Assembly (NCBI GenBank): GCA_051362555.1
Contig: CM120644.1
Coordinates: 23,458,534-23,522,533 of the forward strand
Direction of reading: 5' to 3'
Source: Lingula anatina
Taxonomy: Eukaryota > Animalia > Brachiopoda
DNA: 64,000 nt
The translations under genes and the position numbers were made by a program. Shown here one piece after another: positions 32,813 to 46,300 of the stretch (position 1 is the first letter of the stretch; every line of letters starts with the position of its first letter). The notes beneath the pieces were generated by a model. It searched no databases, was not told the origin of the DNA, and saw nothing but the letters and a program-made list of their open reading frames with translations.

Positions 32813-35800
32813 AACAAGGCAGCAAAGCTGTCAAATGTACAGACAAAAAACAGGAAAAAAAGATGCAAAATAGGTCAATTTGTCAATTTTGATGCAATAA
32901 TAAATAATGCTTATAATAGCACTGTCAGTCAAGTGATTTTTAATCATGCACAACAGGTTACATGGTCAATAACAGGAGCAGATCCAGAGATATTTTCTGA
33001 CAGTATTCCAAAGTATCTATGTTGATCCATCCTCCATTCTGATGGTCTTCCAACAGAAAAAAATAGATACCAGTCAATATAAACTTAATAACCTGACTGT
33101 CTTCCGGAAGACCCAGAAGATGGTCTCAATCCACCCCTTCAATAAGATTACAGTTTCAGGACCATGAGAGACCAAAGTCACATGATGAAAGTCTCAATAT
33201 TTGATAAATGATGACAATGCATAAAATAATATAACATAATGTTTAAAGACATAAAAAACAATACAACTGCTTATGTGGAAATACAGAAAATGAGCAGAGC
33301 CTCAGGTGGATGGAAGTTATAAGTCACAAATGCCGGCCCAGTGTTTGAGAAAAAATTAACAAGGCAGCAATTGTTGATTATTATTGATTATTGTCCTCTT
33401 TGTTCCACTTCTGACAGTTCCTGAAAATTTCAGCAAAATCGGTCCATAACTTTTTGAGTTATGTTGATGACAGACAAACAGGGGTGAAAATATAACCTCC
33501 TTGGCAGAGGTAAATATAATAATAATAATTTATTGAGCACAAAGAAATGGTTTACATTTACAGGCTCTCTAACTAATACAAGTATTAAAAAAGAATAATA
33601 AACTATGCTCATCCACGCAGGGATACACGCTTTTTAATTGCACTGTTAACAAATTTACATATGGCAATCACACTCGCACACGCGCAGAGAGTGGATTGAG
33701 TAAAACAGTTTACTTTTCATAATGTTTGCAGTAGCAGTGCAAAAAGATTATTGTCAATTTTGATGTAACATTACATAATAAATTATAGAATAATTATCAC
33801 CAATTTTTGATTATTGATTATAAATAGCATGGACATGTAGAAAATTTGATTACCATACGGCTTCATGTCCATGGGAGCTCTGAGTTCCACAATGAATATG
33901 CCAAAAATATAATGAATATTTCACTAAAATGCATAACTTCCAGAAAAAGAAGCCAATTAGACTGCTTTTCCAACTCAGGCTGCATTTTAGTCATGCGTTT
34001 CTTTTTTGAAAGTTTGACAATCATAAGTAACACGGTTTTCCCATAATGGTCATCATGGCAGCACCACCAAAAATTGTGTTTTCTTCTATTTTGATGCAAT
34101 GTTACATAATGTTTAACAGCATAATAACCATCAAATGTTATCGATAAAATATTAGTAACATGGACATTCAGAAAACGTGACAAGCAAAGGTCTTCAGAAT
34201 CATGGAACTTCAAAGTCACACCTTGAAAATGCCAACATGTGAAAAATTAAATTTTCACAAAAAAACTGTTTAACTGCCAGAAAAAATTACCAATCAGACT
34301 GCATTGCCTACTGAAGCTATATTTTAGTCCCATGTTTCTTTCCTGTAAGTTTGAGAACAGTAAGTGACATGATTTACCTTAAATGGTCATCATGGGAGCA
34401 GTGCCCAAAATGGGGGTTTCTTCAAATTTTGATGCAATATTACATAATGTTTAACAGCATAATGACCATTAATTTTTAATAATAAAATATTAGTATCACG
34501 GATATTCAGAAAATGTGACTAGCAAAGGTCTTCAGGCCCATGGAACTTCAAAGTCACATCTTGAAAATGCCAAAATGTAAACAAGACAGCACTGTTCTGA
34601 AATGGGTTTATTTCCATTTTTAACACTTTTTTAACATAAAACAAAATAAACATTTTACTGCCAATTTTATATGACCACCTAAGAAAATTGATGATATGGG
34701 AAAAGTATCAATAGAACAGTGTTAAATGTCCAATTTCCTCCATTCTGAGATTCTGAACAATCTGACAAACTACAATGATATGAGATTATTTCCATTTTTG
34801 ACACTTTACGGCCGTATTACAAAATACATGATAACAAGTTTACCATGTTTTTTACATAATCAACTAACAATGTTGTAAAGATGCAGGAAATATCAAACAA
34901 ACACTTTTACGCATCTTATTAGTTCAATAATGAAACTGTTAACATGCCTAATAATTGAATCTGAGGAAATGTGAAAAAACGGTATAACTTCTAAAATAAT
35001 GGCCCGATTATGCTGATTTTCGAACTCAACCTGCGTTTAAGTAAGATTGACCACTCCTGTGAGTATAATGACAATTGGCCAATCCGTTTTTCTTATATTG
35101 TGTTATCAGTGTTGCATTTATATTGAAACAAGGCAGCAAAGCTGTCAAATGTACAGACAAAAACCAGAAAATAAAAACGCAGGAAATAGGATACTGTCAA
35201 TTCTGATGAACTAATGTATTATGCTTACTGTAACTGCATAGCCAACATCAAATTCTAATTCTGCATAACATTGGATTAGGATGAAAGTTAAATGTGTATC
35301 AAGCATTAGACTGAGTTCCCATACCTAGATCAATCTAACAGGATCAATCCAACTCCAAGGGGTTTCTCACTAAATTGCTTTCAGCTTGAGAGTCTTAGGA
35401 TTCTGGCATGCCAGTTTCAGTAGGCGTGACAGACAGCTAAGCCACTTACATTGATTGCAATTTAGCGAGAATTCCCATGGAGATAGATCGATCCACAGTT
35501 AGCGTGAAAGGGTCTGGAAATAGTCCCTAAGGTGTCAGGCTGATAAGAGTTAAACTTTGGAAATGCCAGAATGAGGTACAGTGAAAATTACACAAAAAAT
35601 TGCTTAAACTCATTAAAAAAAAAATATATATATATATATATATACATATTAATATAATTTTTTTTTTGGGGGGGGGGGGGGGGGCTGTATGTCAATCCTA
35701 AGAATCATTCTTGACTCCTAAGAATCATTAACTTAACAAAATACAGAAAATGTTACAAAGTAAGAGTACAGGGCTCCTGGCAGATGGGAGTGATAAGTCA

Positions 35801-37735
35801 CAACTTGAAAATGCCAGTATAGCACTCAATAAACCTGCATTGCTTCCAAAACAGAAAACAATCACACTGGTTTTCAAACACAAGCTGCACTTCTGTCTTA
35901 TGAAACTTTTCAGTAAGTTTCAGTATCGTAGGTAACATGGTTTTGTCTTAATCGCTATCCTGGCAGCAGTGTCCAAAATAGGGTTTTCTTCAACTTTCAT
36001 GCAATATAACATAATACTTAACAGCATAATGACCATCAAATTTAAAAAAAAAATAAATAAAAGTATCATGAATATTCAGAAAATGTGATTTGGGAAGGTC
36101 TTCAAGGCCATGGAAGTTCAGAGCCGCACTTTCAAAATGCCAAAATGTAAACAAGAGATAACTGTACTGAAATGATTTTCTTTCCATTTTCAACACCTTC
36201 TTTAAAACAAAATAATCAATAAACTGTCATTTTTAAATGTTCAACTAGGAAAATTGTTGACATAGGAAAAATATCAATAGAACAATTTTCAATGTCCAAT
36301 TTGCTCCATTTGCAGATGCTGAACATAGTGAACGATTAAATCTGACAAACTGCAATGATGAGTTCCTTTCCATTCATGATACTTTATTACACAATGCACA
36401 ATAACAGGTTTACCGTCATTTTTATATAATCAACTAACAATATTGTTAAGAAGCAGAAAATGTCAAAACAACACTTTTACACATCTTATTAGTTCCATGA
36501 TGAGACTGTTAACATGCCTAAGAATTAAATCTGAAGAAATAACAATTATATACAAAAATACAGAAAATGCACAGCACTTCTGGTGGATGGGAGTTAAAAA
36601 TCACATCTTGAAGATGCTAGTGTTTGAAAAATAATTTAAAAAAAAAATTTAAATAAAACGTAAAAAATTCCAATAAAGCTGCTATTCAAACTTTTAATCT
36701 AGCTGTATTAACTTGATATTAATAACCCCACCAAGTTTGAGAAAAATAAAGCACTGTTATTCATCTATAGCATGTTGGCATAACACATTTTTTGTTGTAA
36801 AATTATTTGCAATGTTAAACACCATTTATCTGCATAATTATCACCAAATCCTAATTTTGTGACACAGTTAACAGAGCTAAACCTATGGGACTTTACAGGG
36901 AAATCTCAACGAGTGTTTTATGTAATCTCATTTAATGGCCAATTGAAAATTAATTACTAGGCAAGACTTTATAGACCTTAATTTAATTAGGGATCACCCA
37001 AGGGACAATTTCATACATTACCATCATATAGCACAAATGTGTTATAGGTGTTGCATACATGCTGAAAAAAGTGGAAAAAACAGCATAACTACCCTAAAAA
37101 TGACCCGATCATGCTGATTTTCAAACTTGACCTGCGTATTATGAATATTCATTAGTTCTGCAAGGTTCAAGCCAAAAGGTAAAATGGTTTTCCACTTATC
37201 ACGTTATCAGTGTTGCATATATGCTGAAAAAAGTGAAAAAACAGCATAACTTCCTTAAAAATGACCCGATCATGCTGATTTTCAAACTTGACCTGTGTAT
37301 TATGAATATTCATCAGTTCTGTACGTTTAATCCCAAAAGGTAAAATGGTTTTCCACTTATCGTGTTATCGGTGCTGCATATATGCTAAAAAAAGTGAAAA
37401 AAAAACCAGCATAACTACCCTAAAAATGACCCGATCATGCTGATTTTCAAACTTGACGTGCGTATTATGAATATTCATTAGTTCTGCAAGTTTCAAGCTA
37501 AAAGGTAAAATGATTTTTCACTTATCATGTTATCAGTGTGGTATATATGCTGAAAAAAGTGAAAAACAGCATAACTTCCATAAAAATGACCCGATCATGA
37601 TGATTTTCGAACTTGACCTGCGTATTATGAATATTCATCAGTTCTGCAAGTTTCAAATCAAAAGGCAAAATGGTTTTCCACTTATCGTGTTATCGGTAAA
37701 AGTGCATGGCGACAGCGACGACAGACGCAGATGGA
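32813..37735 (-). mobile_element. Two HINE copies in tandem or nested (C from 32813, D from 35126), in Ginger intron 1
   Basis: Hairpin/subTIR end aacaaggcagcaaagctgtcaaatgtacagaca at 32813 and 35127; ~161-bp tandem units at 37050-37700. The other end is truncated after gacagacgcagatg. Confidence 0.78.
35309..35527. mobile_element. Diverged MITE inside HINE copy D; related sequence at ~63224-63300
   Basis: ggatcaatccaactccaaggggtttctcactaaattgc (35341) matches the reverse complement of gcaatttagcgagaattcccatggagatagatcgatcc. Flanks tta/taa. Confidence 0.5.
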
Positions 37736-38529
37736 TTCATTAACCATTCATTAACCATTCACCATGGATTCATTAACCATTGGTAAGTATGGGAAAATTT
37801 TAGTTTACTTCAGGAAAATTAATTTTTTGGCGAAGAGTTATTATCCCTTTAATATTACATGAAAATATAAAAATCTTACCCTCATCCAAAACATGCACCT
37901 TGGCTTTATATCTGATCTTTCTAAGCATTTTGGGGTCATCCAAAAAATCACGTGGCTTTCCTGCCTTCAGATATTTTTTTACCATCAACATGGTCTCCCT
38001 GAACTCGACATATTTCTCCATACTGAAAATAAAAGCAACAGATAAATTAAGCTTAATAGTTGACATTCCCTCATGTTACAATTCAAAATATTTGATGCCA
38101 TTTTCAGTCAAATAAAGTAGTCAAAGGGATATTGAAAAAACATGGTTCACATATCACGAGAATAAACTTTAAGTGACAGTAAGGGCAAAACTTTCTTTAT
38201 TGCAACTTGTCAGCACTGCCATGTTGCAAAATGATATATAGAAAAAAGTTGTGCTTGCTAAAAATATGTATTTACAGTCCCGAAAATAGCAGTTGATGAC
38301 AAATACTATGGTTATTTCATTTTTGCATCCCTTTTTGTTGAACAGAAAAGGGAAAGGAATTTAAAAATTTCTACTCGAGTCAACCAACAAAACACATAAC
38401 TGATGAAACTGTTCAACCTTATGTACATGGGGTGTATACTATACCTTGAAGACATCCTTCTCTCTCTGGTAGCTCGTGGCTAAGTGAGGGGTCAGGGTGG
38501 ATCCCATCTTTTTGTAGTGCCCCATGTGT

Positions 38530-39110
38530 CAAAGTCAAGCTGGAAATGTCAGACCCAGACTTGGAAGAGCTTGAAGCAAAATGAAGACACCTATTATCTT
38601 TCACACCTTTAACGGAGTCATGGACATTGGCTGACTAATTACAGGTGCACTGATTGGGACTAATTACAGTAGTATTGATAAAATCTCAGTTGTTACAAGG
38701 AGCAAGCAGCTTGAACTTTAAAAGCAAATCTGACAAGTCAAGCTGAAAATGTCAGAAAGAGACTTGGAAGAAGTTTGAGTAAAATTAAGATCCCAGTAGA
38801 TGCATATCTTTCACACACTTAACAGCGTCATCGACATTGGCTGACTAATTACAGGTGCACTGATTGGGACTAATTACAGTAGTATTGATAAAATCTCAGT
38901 TGTTACTAGGAGCAAGCAGCTTGAACTTTAAAAGCAAATCTGACAAGTCAAGCTGAAAATGTCAGAAACAGACTTGGAAGAAGTTTGAGTAAAATTAAGA
39001 TCCCAGTAGATGGATATAATATATTTTTTACACTTGAGTCATGGACATTGGCTGACTTATTACAAGTGAACTGAACAGTAGTAATTACAGTTGTATTGAT
39101 AAAGTTTGTG
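38530..39110. repeat. ~210-bp tandem repeat (~2.7 copies) in the Ginger 5' region
   Basis: cat(g/c)gacattggctgact at ~38619, 38829 and 39039. Confidence 0.85.
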
Positions 39111-40993
39111 TTCATTTAGTAGAATTCTGTGACATGACTGGTAATGGGAAATTAAAAAAATAGGTCATTAAGTTTGATCATGAAATTGGTAAATTTATAA
39201 GCAGACTTAAAATCATCCACCTCAATGGGTTTGGTAGTCAAAACAATTTTAAACTTTTTAAAAATTAATTTTAAACATCTGAGCTCCCCCATTTCTTTCA
39301 CCATTTATTGGCAATTTCTAACTCTGGTGGCTCCTACTTTGTTATTTATATATTAAAATTGTACTGCAATTGTTGTACCCATATTTCATACTGACCTTCC
39401 CATTTTTCCTGCCATTATTTCCGTTTATTGAAATGCTTGAAAAATATAAAAACAATTTATTTGGAATAAATAAATGCACAAATACAGAAAAGGTCTTGTG
39501 GATTTCGAAAACAATTTCATCTTTAACATTTTTTTCAAAATGTGATATGTACTAGTTATCATTAACTGCTATCAAGTGATAAATTATAGCATAGCTGGGA
39601 TATAACTTTTACAGTCTTAAAACAAGGTATAACTTATTAAAATATATTGTAACACGACCAAGGTAAGTTCTATACTAACCTTCTAGCTATTTTCTTCTGC
39701 CAATCAATCTGAACAATGAAATAAAATAAATGTGTTAAAGCTTTATGATATAAAAAAACTAACTTGAATGCATCGACCTTCTCACTTTGGACGTGTAACA
39801 CACCTGTGAACATACCTAACATTACATAATGAACATTCATACGAGTCTTACGACGACTTTATGCAAACGCAGTCACATTCACGACACTGACAAAGTTGAC
39901 TTACAGCACGTAGCTACACATGTATTTCCAACATTTCCCCGTAGAGGAAGTTATATTATTGTCAAACACACACTTTCTCTCGACGACAATTACTGAACTC
40001 TAAACTGAAAGAACATTGTAGTGTGAAAACATTTATACTACGAGTCTTACTACAACTTCATCACAGAGCAAAACAGTTCAGTCACGATCACAATCTCAGT
40101 AATAAGAGCTGTGTCACACGCTTCCTTTGGTGTTTATATAACACTTTTCCAACATTCCTCCGTGGAGTTTATTATAGGATTATCAAATACATACTCTCTC
40201 ATGGCAAAAACCACTGAATTACGAATTGAAAGGTCAATAGTTCCAAACATACCTACGACGATACCGTCATACCGGAAGTCCCTTCTTTCAATCTACCCTC
40301 AATGCGCATGTGCAGAACGGTTTCGTCACGGCACGGGTCTATCACGCCACCGGCGTGTGAACACCGACCACTGTTGACGTGACCTTGACATTGTTGACAC
40401 AGTCTCGTTTTGATAACGCTCTAGTTAAAAGGATACAGATACAGATTCTTTATTGACAAACACCTTCACATAAAGGTACAATCAATTACAATACGATACT
40501 AGTGGCTAGGACATAGAACAGACAAATAAATAGATAAATAAATATATATATATATATATACATATAGATTAGCAATTGTTGAAATCAGTGACTATACACA
40601 TGTATACGAATGTCGCATTCCATAATCAATTTACCAGGTTTGATCTACACGCCCAGTCTCTGCTGACAGCGCATAACGGGTCTCACACTGGTACTATGAT
40701 CTGGTTTGGACATGCGCAGAAAGACTTACTCTCTTCTCCATGCATTTCTGTACAAATATGAGGAGGGGCGTAATCACATCCATTTCTTTTGTATTCATGA
40801 TGTGTATAAACATATCCGGGGGAGAGAGGGCATTAGTATTACATAGGAAACTTATATTTTCGTAGAAAGCCGCCCGTAGTTCCTTATAGGCCTCGCATTT
40901 CAGAATAAAATGCACTTCATCTTCAACCTCTCCGGAATTACAGATTTGACATAATCTTAGATGGGGCGGGGTTGGGGGTTTACTGTACCTCCC

Positions 40994-41006
40994 TGTGTTG
41001 AAACCA

Positions 41007-41054
<48 letters not shown>

Positions 41055-41244
41055 TACTATTATTTAATAGCTACAGGATTATTTCCAGGAGACGAAATAG
41101 TTTTGTAAAGTTTACTTTGTTATTGTCTTTGTACTTATATTTTGTTTATTTTTTTCTTATTAAAGTTTACCGCTATTACATCTCAACAAGACGTGTTGTG
41201 TTGTATGGTAGGCTGTCTGATGACGATAGTCAACGGTCAGAACA
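40994..41244. mobile_element. Solo LTR (251 bp) with an internal (TAT)n tract
   Basis: TG...CA ends (tgtgttgaaacc...ggtcagaaca) and a 5-bp TSD ctccc (40989-40993; 41245-41249). Removing it rejoins the LINE peptide IEKG-RYSKP. Confidence 0.8.
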
Positions 41245-43359
41245 CTCCCCTTCTCAATATGGAGTGAGTGAGCGCTGATTCTTAATTAGTTTGCAGAATG
41301 TAGCCCTCCGTGCTTTATCAAAGGTCAGCACATAATTTTCGGTCTTAAAATCCTTCTTAAATTTTGTATATGTTCTAAGTTTGCTACTTTCCTTAATTGC
41401 CTCCCCCATTGAAGGTCATACACTTTCTCGAGAGAGACCCGGATATTTTTGTTGAGACATTAATCGGTTTGGCTAATGGTCTATCCCAACACTCGACTTC
41501 ACCACTAATTTGGAGTATTTGCTTTATGCCAAGGGACCAGGCACCACCTTTACTTTCAAATCTGTCTGTGTCGAGGGCTAAGGTGGCCAGGGATTCTTTA
41601 CCCATAAAATTAAGCTTATTGAGGTGAAACCAGTATTTTGTTGCCAGGGCAAGCATTTGAATTAACACTGGATAGCTTCCTAATTCGCCTCTGGCTGCTA
41701 GATAAGATGCCTTCCTGTGCACCCCCAGTATTGTTTTACAGGCTTTAATGTGGACATCTTCAGCAGGTGGTCTGTCACACCTTTCCAGGAGGTTATTCAT
41801 GCTAGATTTAAGGATTAAAGGGGCCCATATTTCACAGCCGTAGCTAAGTATAGGGAGTATAAGAGTGGAAAAAAGTTTACGGGCAATTGACGCTGGGCTA
41901 GAAAACAGCTGGTGGCGGATTTTAAAAAATGCTTTTTGTGCTTTGACTTTCAGTACTTCCATCGCTTTATTGAATTTTCCTGAAGGTGTGAATACCAAAC
42001 CCAAGTAGCAATATTCTGAGCATATTTCTATTTTTTCGGCTCCTAGAGAGAAGGTTAGGTTATTCAGTAAGTGGCCAGGTTTGTTAAAAATCATAATTTT
42101 TGTTTTTTGGACATTTACTATCAGCTTCCAGGTTTTACAGTATTCAGCCAAACTATTGAGGGCAGCCTGAAGTCCATCTGGGCTCTCTGATACTAGTACG
42201 AGGTCATCCGCGTACATTAAACAACTAAGAGGTTTATCCCTAAGGTGAACAGGGTTGTATTTTTCATTGTTGCTGAACAGGTCGGGAATGTCCCTAATAA
42301 AAATGTTAAACAGTAAGGGACTGAGGACGCAGCCCTGTTTGACACTTACACTTGTATTGATGACGTTTGTCAGTCCCCCTGGTGTTTTTACAGTAAACTG
42401 GACAGATTTATACATATTACTTATTATATTTAGAAAGAGATTTCCTACCCCTGCCAGCTGTAGTTTATATAATAAGGCATTTCTCCATACTGTATCGTAG
42501 GCGCTTGAAAAATCTACGAAACATAAATATAGTTTATTTTTATCCATTTTATTTAGGTATTTATCGATGAGAGATTTGAGTACTAGCATATGGTCGACTG
42601 TACGTGCCCCTCTTTTAAAGCCGATTTGATTAGTAGGGATCGTGCTATTTTTAAAAGTAAATGATGTGAGTCTATTATTAAGTATTTTGCAAAATAGTTT
42701 ACATAAGTTACTGGATACAGCTATCCCTCTATAATTTTTGGGGTCTTTTTTTATCCCCTTTCTTGTGAATAACATTGAGCATACCCACTCTCCAGAGGGA
42801 GGGGAAGTTACCACTGGAGAAGATAGCGTTGAACAGTTTAGTGATGGCTGGGGCAAGTGAGTCTATGCCCTCTCTAAGCATTTCATTTGGGATACCATCG
42901 ATACCAGGGGACTTATTCTTTTTAAGACTACGAGCGGCTAATTTTACTTCATGTTCAGTTATGGTAAAGTCAAGTTCGGTGAACAAGTTATGCTTAGGGT
43001 TTTGTGCTCTCTGGTTAACCAGGGTTTAAAAATTTATATTGTTGTGGGGCAGTGTCCTATTCATCAGGGTGTGGAAATGGACCCACCATTCGGTGGGGGA
43101 AACTGGGGTGTTGGAACGTATGGAAAAAGCATGTCCATGCAAACGAAGCGCACTATCAGTTGTAGTAACGTATTTTAAAGCTCGTATGTCAATGTCTGTA
43201 GTGGACATGGATTTAGTTTTAGCTCCGCCTCCTATTGCCTACTTTGTATATATTCACGCCCTGCTCATTGAGTGGGTAGTTTTTGATCAGTCTCTGTAGA
43301 TAATAAACGTGTAGTTTTTCAACTCTCGTTTTTTCTCTGAACCGCATACCGACATTTTT

Positions 43360-43377
43360 TGGTGCCGTGACCAGGAT
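43360..43377 (+). promoter_or_regulatory. Primer-binding site complementary to the tRNA-His 3' end
   Basis: TGGTGCCGTGACCAGGAT, 5 nt after the 5' LTR. Confidence 0.8.
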
Positions 43378-43381
43378 AACT

Positions 43382-46300
43382 ATGGCTGCAGAGAGAAATC
43401 AAAAACTCCGGTCGGCGAACCGAGCCCAGCTAACAAAGCTATTTCAACGAGCATCAAGTTTGATGTCTGATGAGCCGTCCGTAGAGAATGTGGAAACGTT
43501 GGACCTAACGTACGAACTAATCGAGGAAAAGATGGACTATCTAAAAACATTAGACGAGAGGATTCTATCCAAACTTTCAGATGAAAAGATGGAAGACGGC
43601 GTTGCCGAAGCAGACGAATTTATGTTTTCAGCTAAAGAGAAGCTCCGTCGCATTCGAAAACATAAAGAAAATATACAGTCAGAAGAACGCCGAAGCGAGC
43701 CTTCGATTTCTAACGCTCCCACTCCAAGTGATGACCCTCCGCGGAGCAACATGAAACGAAATTACAGGCTCCCCAAACTCATCCTATCCAGGTTTGACGG
43801 AAATCTCCTTCAATGGCCCGCTTTCAACGACGACTTCGTCAGTGCTATAGACGAAAACGAGACGCTATCTACTATCGAGAAATTCCAGTTTTTACGGGCG
43901 CAGTTGGATGGCGAAGCGTTTTCTACGATCGCGGGATTACAGCTTACGGCTAATAATTACGAAAATGCGAAGGAACTTCTTCGAGAAAGGTATGGACAAA
44001 CTCACAAAATCATTAACGCATTCATGAGAGCTCTTTGGGAGCTTCCACGCCCCGATGAAGATATAAAATCATTGAGATTTTTCTACGATAGGATCGAGAC
44101 TTTTATTAGAGGACTCAGCTCTTTAGGAAAAGAAGAACAAAGTTATGGAGAACTCTTGATTCCTATGATTCTAGATAAATTGCCTGCCAACACGCGCAGA
44201 CAAATCGCAAGAGCGCATGGAAACAATGAATGGTCAATCGCCGATCTGCGCAGTACACTTAAGTCTGAGATCGACGCCCTACAAGCTGGAGAAATAGACG
44301 GGTTCAACCAAGAGAAATCGTACCGACCCACTGCTGCGTTTTTCACCAATAGTAACACGAAGAAAACGACGAACAAGCCGAAAAGAAAAATGAAATGCGC
44401 TTTCTGCAAAAATGAACATAGCTCTATCACGTGCCCAGTTGTGTCGGAACAGGAAAAACGCTTTGAAATAGCAAAAAGAGACAATTTATGCTTTAACTGT
44501 CTTACGCCCAACCATTCAAGCCGAAAATGCCTGTCTAAATTTCGCTGCAGAAGTTGCAATGGAAAACACCACACCGCCCTTCATGCTAAGCAAAACAGTG
44601 AACCAAGCGCCGCTCAGAAAGCGCGGGAACCGCCTGCCGTGGAACATGCGGCGAGCACCTTCACTCAAGGGGCAAAAAATCAAAGGAATGTTGTCTTGTT
44701 AAAAACGGCTATCGTGGAGGTCTCCAACAAACAAACACCCTTCCAATTATCGGCAACTAGTGGGGTCTTGTTCGACGAAGGAGCGACCAGATCATTCATC
44801 ACAGAAGAGCTTGTTCATAAACTTCAGCTCCAGCCAACTCATTCTGAGGAGATCAATCTGTCTGTATTTGGAATGGACTGTAAACAACCTCAGACTTTTG
44901 ACATCGTCACAATCTCCCTGAAAACAACATCAAAAGAATTTGTTGATATTAACGCAGTCGTCGTTCCTGAAATTTCCGCTCCACTCCATAATTTAGTGAC
45001 ACGTAGGATAGCCAATTTGTCCCACTTAAGGAACTTGAGACTGGCTCACACACCATCTGATGACAGATCGCCTTTTTTCGTCTCTGTGCTAATTGGTGCC
45101 GATCATTACTGGGACTTTGTTGAAGATACAATCGTGCGAGGTCCAGGGCCCACCGCTGTCGCTTCCAAATTTGGATACTTACTCTCGGGCCCCGCCCACT
45201 CCGATGACTACGTCACAGCAAACGACACCGCTTTTCATGTCATGGCGAAACAGCGCAACGCAGAAGACGATACCCTGGACAAATTCTGGAACCTAGAATC
45301 CATTGGCATTAAAGACAATAAACAAACTGTCCAGGATCCCTCCGATTTTCAGAATTTCCAGAGAAATTACATTGAAAAACGTGATGACCAATATGTGGCC
45401 AAATTGCCGTGGAAAACCGACCACAGTCCTTTGCCTACGAATTATCGCAACGCATGTCATCGAACACGTAATACCGTGCGCAAGTTACCAGTAGAAACAC
45501 GACGCGTGTATGACACTATCATCAGGAATCAAGAGAAACGCAACTTTATTGAGAAAGTAGGCGATGACGATACTTCCAGTGGACATTACCTGCCTCACCG
45601 CCCCGTAAAAAAGGATTCGATTACAACACCAATTCGAATAGTTTACGACTGCAGCGCAAAGGCCACACCTGATGACCCCAGTCTGAATGACTGTCTATTT
45701 AAAGGACCGCAGCTACTTAATGACCTTGTTGGAATCTTTTTAAGATTTCGAATTCACAATGTCGCTATCACTAGTGACATTGAAAAAGCATTCTTAAACA
45801 TAGGATTGCACGAAGATGACCGAGATTTTACGAAATATTTGTGGCTTGAAGATCCAGAAGACACTGAAAGTAAGTTTGAAGTGTACCGCTTTACGTCAGT
45901 TCTCTTTGGAAGCATTTCCAGTCCAGCCATTCTTAACTCCGTAGTACGCTTGCATTTGGATATGTCCGAGAATGGCACCGCCAAAGCCCTGAAACGGGAC
46001 GTCTACGTGGATAATATTGTGACGGGAACTGACACCTCAAACCAAGCCATTCAAATGTACGAGGAATCAAATGATTTGCTTGCATCTGCAGGATTCAATC
46101 TTCAATCGTGGGCTACCAATGACCCCAAACTCCGCAACATAGTCGAAACTGACGGAGTAGCTCACGCAGACCACAAGAATACACCGATGTTGGGAATGAT
46201 ATGGGACACTGAACAAGATACGTTATCTTACAAGTCCGGTGAAGAAATCCCAGTCAGCCAAGTCACCAAACGCGAAGTGATTAGTCGCATTTCTCGAGTT

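Larger units (their letters stand above)
22978..38021 (-). pseudogene. Spliced Ginger transposase gene (N-terminal YPYY-like region, HHCC, DDE, GPY, Ulp1/C48 peptidase, PHD), disrupted
   Basis: Exons (plus coordinates): 37880-38021, 31211-31401 (ILHEYHSSATGGHSG...W), 30839-30950 (CDKCQ...GMDLIG), 30502-30629, 29780-30093 (SDQGREF...YHPQTNGLDERTN), 29317-29418, 28747-28922 (WIGPY), 28213-28488 (EWLNDN), 27691-27822, 23928-24048 (EQVGCSDCGVF), 22978-23259 (CDIPFC...WIQCNVCTSWCHTVC...FVCPMC*). Lesions: frameshifting deletion near 30585, +1 T in the poly-T at 29814-29823, a phase gap after GPY, and no exon found for the Ulp1 catalytic His. Confidence 0.88.
21091..40390 (-). mobile_element. Ginger1-type DNA transposon (Gypsy-integrase-like transposase), ~19.3 kb including nested insertions
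   Basis: Termini TGTCAAGGTGACG (21091) and CGTGACCTTGACA (40390) are inverted (12/13 match, TGT...ACA). Both ends carry CGTGAnnAACCG-type subterminal motifs. It encloses a spliced integrase-Ulp1-PHD gene with no RT, gag or LTR. No matching 4-bp TSD is seen (tgag vs ttgt). Confidence 0.72.

Noticed and set aside
20846-40400. tgttgacac direct repeat as the Ginger TSD
   Set aside because: The left copy is ~240 bp from the terminus and the length does not fit a 4-bp integrase-type TSD; likely chance.
40961-41278. Poly-Tyr ORF
   Set aside because: Translation of the (TAT)n tract inside a solo LTR.
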